Shown here piece by piece: positions 58,872-64,000 of a stretch of 64,000 bases of DNA. The stretch is from Klebsormidium nitens (Eukaryota > Plantae > Klebsormidiophyceae): NCBI GenBank assembly GCA_000708835.1, contig DF237066.1, forward strand, positions 1-64,000, written 5' to 3'. How positions within the stretch are numbered: position 1 is the first letter of the stretch; each line of letters begins with the position of its first letter. The notes beneath the pieces were generated by a model. The model was given only the letters and a program-made list of their open reading frames with translations, was not told the DNA's origin and ran no database searches. Made by a program: the position numbers and the translations under genes.

Positions 58872-60634
58872 TAATTGTTTGCGCTCCGCTGGGCAACTTA
58901 CAGACTGTGGAACGGAACGATGGCTCGTTCCGCCGGATTAATGCTTTTGTAGAGTAGGTATAAAACCTCTAAAACCCGGAACAGTACTTGTGACGCGGCC
59001 GCGGTGGGAACGGTACGCGCGCGCGGCCGATTCCGGGTCTCAGACCCGAACTTCGGAAGAGGCTATTGCGGTACCTATACGGTATGAGCAGCACTGCCTG
59101 CTATACGTTGAAGAATTGTGAAGGAGTTCCCAGGCCAGGGCTCCCTGGGGCCTGAACCTTGGGTCAGTCTTCTTCTTTCAAGCTGTGCCACTTGGCCAGA
59201 TCTTCTTGCCATTTTGGGCTCGTTGACGGTGTCAGAGGCAGCGCGTGGTCCTATCGAACGCAGTGATCAGAGTTACGAGCTACTGCTATAGCCTCGTAGC
59301 TAGGGCTGGCCGGGAAAACCATCTTGATCCCTGAACGGAAGGCTGGCTAGCTCGTTCCGTCGCAATTTTGTCTTCAACTCTGGTCGTGAATGACAATGTT
59401 GCGCGGCCGCGGCGGGCCGCCCAAAGTGAAGTGAAAGTAAGTGAAGCCAAACTTGAAGTTGAAAGCCGCCCTGCGAGGCCGTCAGTGGGGCATGATGATG
59501 GATTGATACATAATGATGGTCTCACTCAAGGAGTTTCAGAGGTCAAGTTCCACGCGACTGCACTAATCTGCTACCTTTGCTCAACGAACGGCTCGGACGA
59601 GGTAAACCTCTAAAGGAACGGTAGGGCCTAGAGCAGCTTCACATGTCCACTTGGTCATTCATGAATATACTCCAGCACCGTTCATGAACCCGGACACGTT
59701 GACTTTGAATTTGGTCAAGTGGAACTTGCCAATCGAGCCGAGTGCTGCCGAGCCGTATTTTGAGACGGTACATGCACTCAAAGAGCATGCCTGAATGATC
59801 GACTTTGCCAAGAACTTACCACTCCTGCCGGTCCGCGCGCCAACAGGGCGCCTGGCACCGAGGCTGCCCTAGCCTTATCCAATGATGCCGTTTAGGGCGC
59901 AAAACTGCCGCGCGTGCAAAGACCGTTCGGCCGAATATTGGGCCATGCAGGGCCATCGATCACAAACATATTGCCTAGTTTTTAAGTCCGATCAAGCGCC
60001 TCGTTCAGAGGATCTTGAAAACTATGCGCGAAATTTTGCCATGCAATAGAACAGATTTTTAACAAAGAAGGGGATAACGAGCAACGTACAAAGACGTTGC
60101 GTTGCAAGGGGGTTCTTGGAGTAAGTTTGATCGTAGTGGTGTGAAGCATGCAGATTGCGTCAAAATTCGACTGCGCCGCGCAAGCTCTTGCGAAATCGGA
60201 ATGGCATCTGTTGCTCTAACGAATCAAGGGATTGAGCAGCCTTGTAAGGAAAGGATTCAAAAGATTGAAAGCTTGAGGCAAAGGTCTAACATGTCGTTTC
60301 AACAATCAAATATGCAAAAGCTGCAACTTTCCAAGTTGATGCCTTGCTCTCGCTCAGGCAGTCCTGTCCTTCCTCGGCAACACTACCTAACCTACGTTCT
60401 ATTCTGCTCCATTTTGTACAGTCTCGCTACTGCCATATCTTGATCTCAGTTTAGTCGGTGTCAACAATTCTGGGTTTCAGTCGTAACTTCCCAATTGACC
60501 CAGTCTCAAATGCAGACAAAAGTAGGTTTGATTCTCTTCAATCCATCATGAAACTAGTGCAAGCAGCGAAGACATTGGTTACGGATTTTCTCCTTCAGGC
60601 AATCTCGACATCCTCGTCATCCACTAATCCCCCC

Positions 60635-60850
60635 TTAACCACCGCACCCCCCCCCGCCTCCACACCCTCCGCCTCCGCCTCCACACCCCCCACCACCGCC
60701 ACAGCCCCCCCCCCCGCAAGCACCGCCAGAGCAGCCCCCCCCGCAGTTGCCTGCTGATGCCCCGCAACCCCCGGCACCACACGCCCCTGCAGCGCACCCC
60801 TCTGCGCCGCACGCGCTTGCTCCGCAGCCCCCTACTGCAGAATGAATACA
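60635..60850 (+). other. Proline-codon-rich low-complexity tract, not part of any supported gene model
   Basis: Reads PHPPPPPHPPPPPPHPPPPPQPPPPQAPPEQPPPQLP... but is bounded by stops. Confidence 0.3.
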
Positions 60851-61412
60851 GAATCCGCCTTCGTAAGAGAAAGTGAATGGGCTTCACAAGTTGTGGAAAC
60901 AACGGGCTTGAAAAGGAAGCGAGAGGGTTGTTTGTCCATGTCACCTGGTCAGAAGCCTTGGCAAAAGATGGCGGAAGAACGTGGATGTCAGTGCCTGCCG
61001 CCATTCGGCACATGTGAATGCATCTCTTGGAACTAACATAGAGCACTCGAAGTCTGTCCAAAGCTTCGCCCTAATGGTCAAGAGATATTGCGATACGCGA
61101 CAAGGAATCCAAAAATGGGGAATAAAGGATGCGGTGAAGCTAACCCACTCAGAAGCGTGCTCCTAATACAATCTCCTGGGCGTGTGCTACAATTGAACCA
61201 ATTATCTCGATAGTGGACGATTGAAGCTCCCTTTGATTATCTCTCACGTCATAGAGTCAACCTAAGTACTCTAAACCACTAGCTCAAGTATCAACTCTGC
61301 ACGTGCCTGCATAAATTGCCGACCCGAAGTCCTTTCTACGAAGCGTTTGTGCTACGCCTACTGTGCGCTTCAAGATGATTCAATGCGGAGTGAAAGAAAG
61401 AGGAAGGCTCAC

Positions 61413-64000
61413 CTCCGTAGGTGAGACCCGGGCTATAAGCCGCCATGTACCAGAGGGGGAGATACTCGAGGCCTCCGGCAGAGCTGGGAGAAGTGTCGCG
61501 GGAGGAGCGATGACCGTTTGGAAGAGTCGCTACGGCACCTGAAACAGCGGAAGCGAGAGTGTTACCGCCGACGTCGAGGTTCAAAAACAGGCGCATCCCA
61601 CTTCCTTTCATTTTCTGACCTTCCGAAAATTGACGAACGGCACAGTTACAGCAGTCTGATTGCCCCTGAGGATAGATCCTTTTCAGAGCAAAAGGAGCAA
61701 AAGTCTCAGTGACTCCGTGCACCTTCTGGATCAAACTGCAAGATCTGCATGAACCATCTGCGAGAAGCGTCGGAGTGAATTCAATCCATTTCAATTATGT
61801 GAAAGGCCTGCGAATCAGGTTTGAAATGGTTTTGATCAGATTCTTCGCCCAACATGCCCGCTTTAATTCTCCTTCACTCCCGGGCCGCGCCTGGAGCACA
61901 GAAAACGAGTCACTCTGAAAGGCGAGGGCCGGTTGACGTAGTCGACCGAACTTCATCGAAATGCAGCGATCGGGGTGCAACCCTGACAACCAGGATGTGA
62001 AAAGAGTCTACAGAAACGGTCATTTAGTAGAGCCTCGGTGCCTCAAGCTCATTCTGTGAAGGAAACGGAAACCGCTTTTCGAAAAATGGAAACTTCAATG
62101 TCGGACAGGGTGCGGACGCTCACCCCAGTGGTTGTCGGACGGCTCCCTCCTGCGGCTCTGCTCTCGCATCGCCTTCTGCCGGGCCTTTTGGGCGTCCGCA
62201 ATCTGCTTCGCGGTCAGCGGCACAAAGTCGAGCTGCGCTTGCGCCAGGCACGCGTTCAGGAGGAGCGCCAGGGAGACGTGCTCGCTCGGTTGGATCTGGC
62301 AAAAGGAGAAAAGTACGTGGTTTGCAGGCGTCCGAATGTGTCCAATTTTGTCTTTCAAAGGGTCCGAGCGCGTCCTAANNNNNNNNNNNNNNNNNNNNNN
62401 NNNNNNNNNNNNNNNNNNNNNNNNNNNNNNNNNNNNNNNNNNNNNNNNNNNNNNNNNNNNNNNNNNNNNNNNNNNNNNNNNNNNNNNNNNNNNNNNNNNN
62501 NNNNNNNNNNNNNNNNNNNNNNNNNNNNNNNNNNNNNNNNNNNNNNNNNNNNNNNNNNNNNNNNNNNNNNNNNNNNNNNNNNNNNNNNNNNNNNNNNNNN
62601 NNNNNNNNNNNNNNNNNNNNNNNNNNNNNNNNNNNNNNNNNNNNNNNNNNNNNNNNNNNNNNNNNNNNNNNNNNNNNNNNNNNNNNNNNNNNNNNNNNNN
62701 NNNNNNNNNNNNNNNNNNNNNNNNNNNNNNNNNNNNNNNNNNNNNNNNNNNNNNNNNNNNNNNNNNNNNNNNNNNNNNNNNNNNNNNNNNNNNNNNNNNN
62801 NNNNNNNNNNNNNNNNNNNNNNNNNNNNNNNNNNNNNNNNNNNNNNNNNNNNNNNNNNNNNNNNNNNNNNNNNNNNNNNNNNNNNNNNNNNNNNNNNNNN
62901 NNNNNNNNNNNNNNNNNNNNNNNNNNNNNNNNNNNNNNNNNNNNNNNNNNNNNNNNNNNNNNNNNNNNNNNNNNNNNNNNNNNNNNNNNNNNNNNNNNNN
63001 NNNNAGGACGTGGTCGTTCGGTTGGACCTGGCAGTAGGGAGAAGTACAGGGTTCATAAGCGTCCAGAAGTTTCCGATGCTGTCTTTTCGAAGGGTCCGAC
63101 CGCGTCCAAAATAACGTCCGAGCGCTTGCGCAAGGGCGTTCAGGAAAGCGCCAAGAAGACGTGCTCGCTCGGTTGGAACTGGGAAGGAGAGGAAACAACG
63201 CGCGAGTAAGAAAGCGTCCGAACGCGTCCGGTTTCTGATTGGAAGTGTCCAGAAGCGTTTCGATTTTCAGTGTCCGTCTGCGCTTGCGGCAGGCACGCGT
63301 TCAGGAAGAAGCGCCAGGGAGCCGTACTCGCTCGGTTGGACCTGGAGGGAAGAATCACAATAGGTTATTGATAAGTGTCACGAAAACTTCTCTGTGACCA
63401 TACCGTCCGGAGCTCGGTTGGACCTGACAACAGGGACATGACACAATTTCAACAGATGTCCGCATTCCCTTTGGAAATGTGTAAGAGCGTCCAATCAGAA
63501 AGAGCATAATCCGAACTACAAGATGAGAATGAGGAAAGATGTGACCGCAAAGTGGTGGCGACTGGGCAAAACCGGCTACACGCAATAGCAGCTGCGATCA
63601 CTGACACGATCGGAGTGGGCATAGGAACTAGCAAAGTTGAGGAGTCGTTCTACGCTTGGCACAGGAGGAGCGCCAGAGACACGTACTCGCTCCCTACATG
63701 CGGAAACGGGAGAGAGGTCATCCGCGAGCCTGTACACGTCTGAAACGACCGCCGGACTTTTGTAGTGGACCTGAAAGCACAGAAGAAGCCAAGCAGCAAA
63801 GGCCAGGGAAGAAATACTCGCTCGAACAGGACTAGAAGACACATGTTCTAAATGAACCACTCAAGCTGGTCGCAACTTTCTGGATGTTCAAACACTGATT
63901 AGACCCTACAGAAAGTATTCTCCTTAGAACCTCACCTCAGCGATGCCCCGTTTGAAGTTGATCAGCGCGGTCGCCTTGCCGTGCGGCTGGTCCTCCGTGT
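61413..64000 (-). CDS. Internal exons of an unidentified protein; continues beyond the right edge, 3' end unresolved
   Basis: Phase-consistent exons 64000-63936 (TEDQPHGKATALINFKRGIAE), 62295-62124 (IQPSEHVSLALLLNACLAQAQLDFVPLTAKQIADAQKARQKAMREQSRRREPSDNHW) and 61538-61413. Confidence 0.7.
63005..63840 (-). repeat. Intronic array of acceptor + exon-start copies (real junction at 62295)
   Basis: cag|.tccaaccgagcgag.acg.. recurs at ~63030, 63180, 63343 and 63425, with more degenerate copies at ~63700 and ~63830. A further 626-N gap (62379-63004) lies inside the array. Confidence 0.85.

Overview
Eukaryotic, intron-rich nuclear DNA. GT-AG introns, a plant-type rbcS and a plant-type NUP214 ending in FTQIRK point to a streptophyte green alga; it looks Klebsormidium-like, which is inference only. 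From left to right the window holds: (1) the right part of a two-gene DNA transposon, with a DDE transposase carrying an inserted SAP motif and a convergent small ORF resembling KolX / the P2X7 ballast domain, i.e. Kolobok-like; (2) poorly resolved plus-strand exons, then a spliced plus-strand gene for a coiled-coil, low-complexity, zinc-ribbon protein with several EAR-like motifs; (3) rbcS, 5 exons; (4) two TIR MITEs upstream of rbcS; (5) an ~11.6 kb minus-strand gene for a helical N-domain + NB-ARC + TPR protein (NLR-like); (6) a divergently transcribed PC-esterase/SGNH gene; (7) NUP214, ~16 kb on the minus strand, with a MITE just upstream; (8) three exons of an unidentified minus-strand gene. 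The most striking unexplained pattern is that nine splice junctions in five genes have degenerate tandem copies ('echoes') of the exon edge plus its splice site lying in the adjacent intron. All gene models were built by hand from splice signals and codon-phase matching. No database searches were run.
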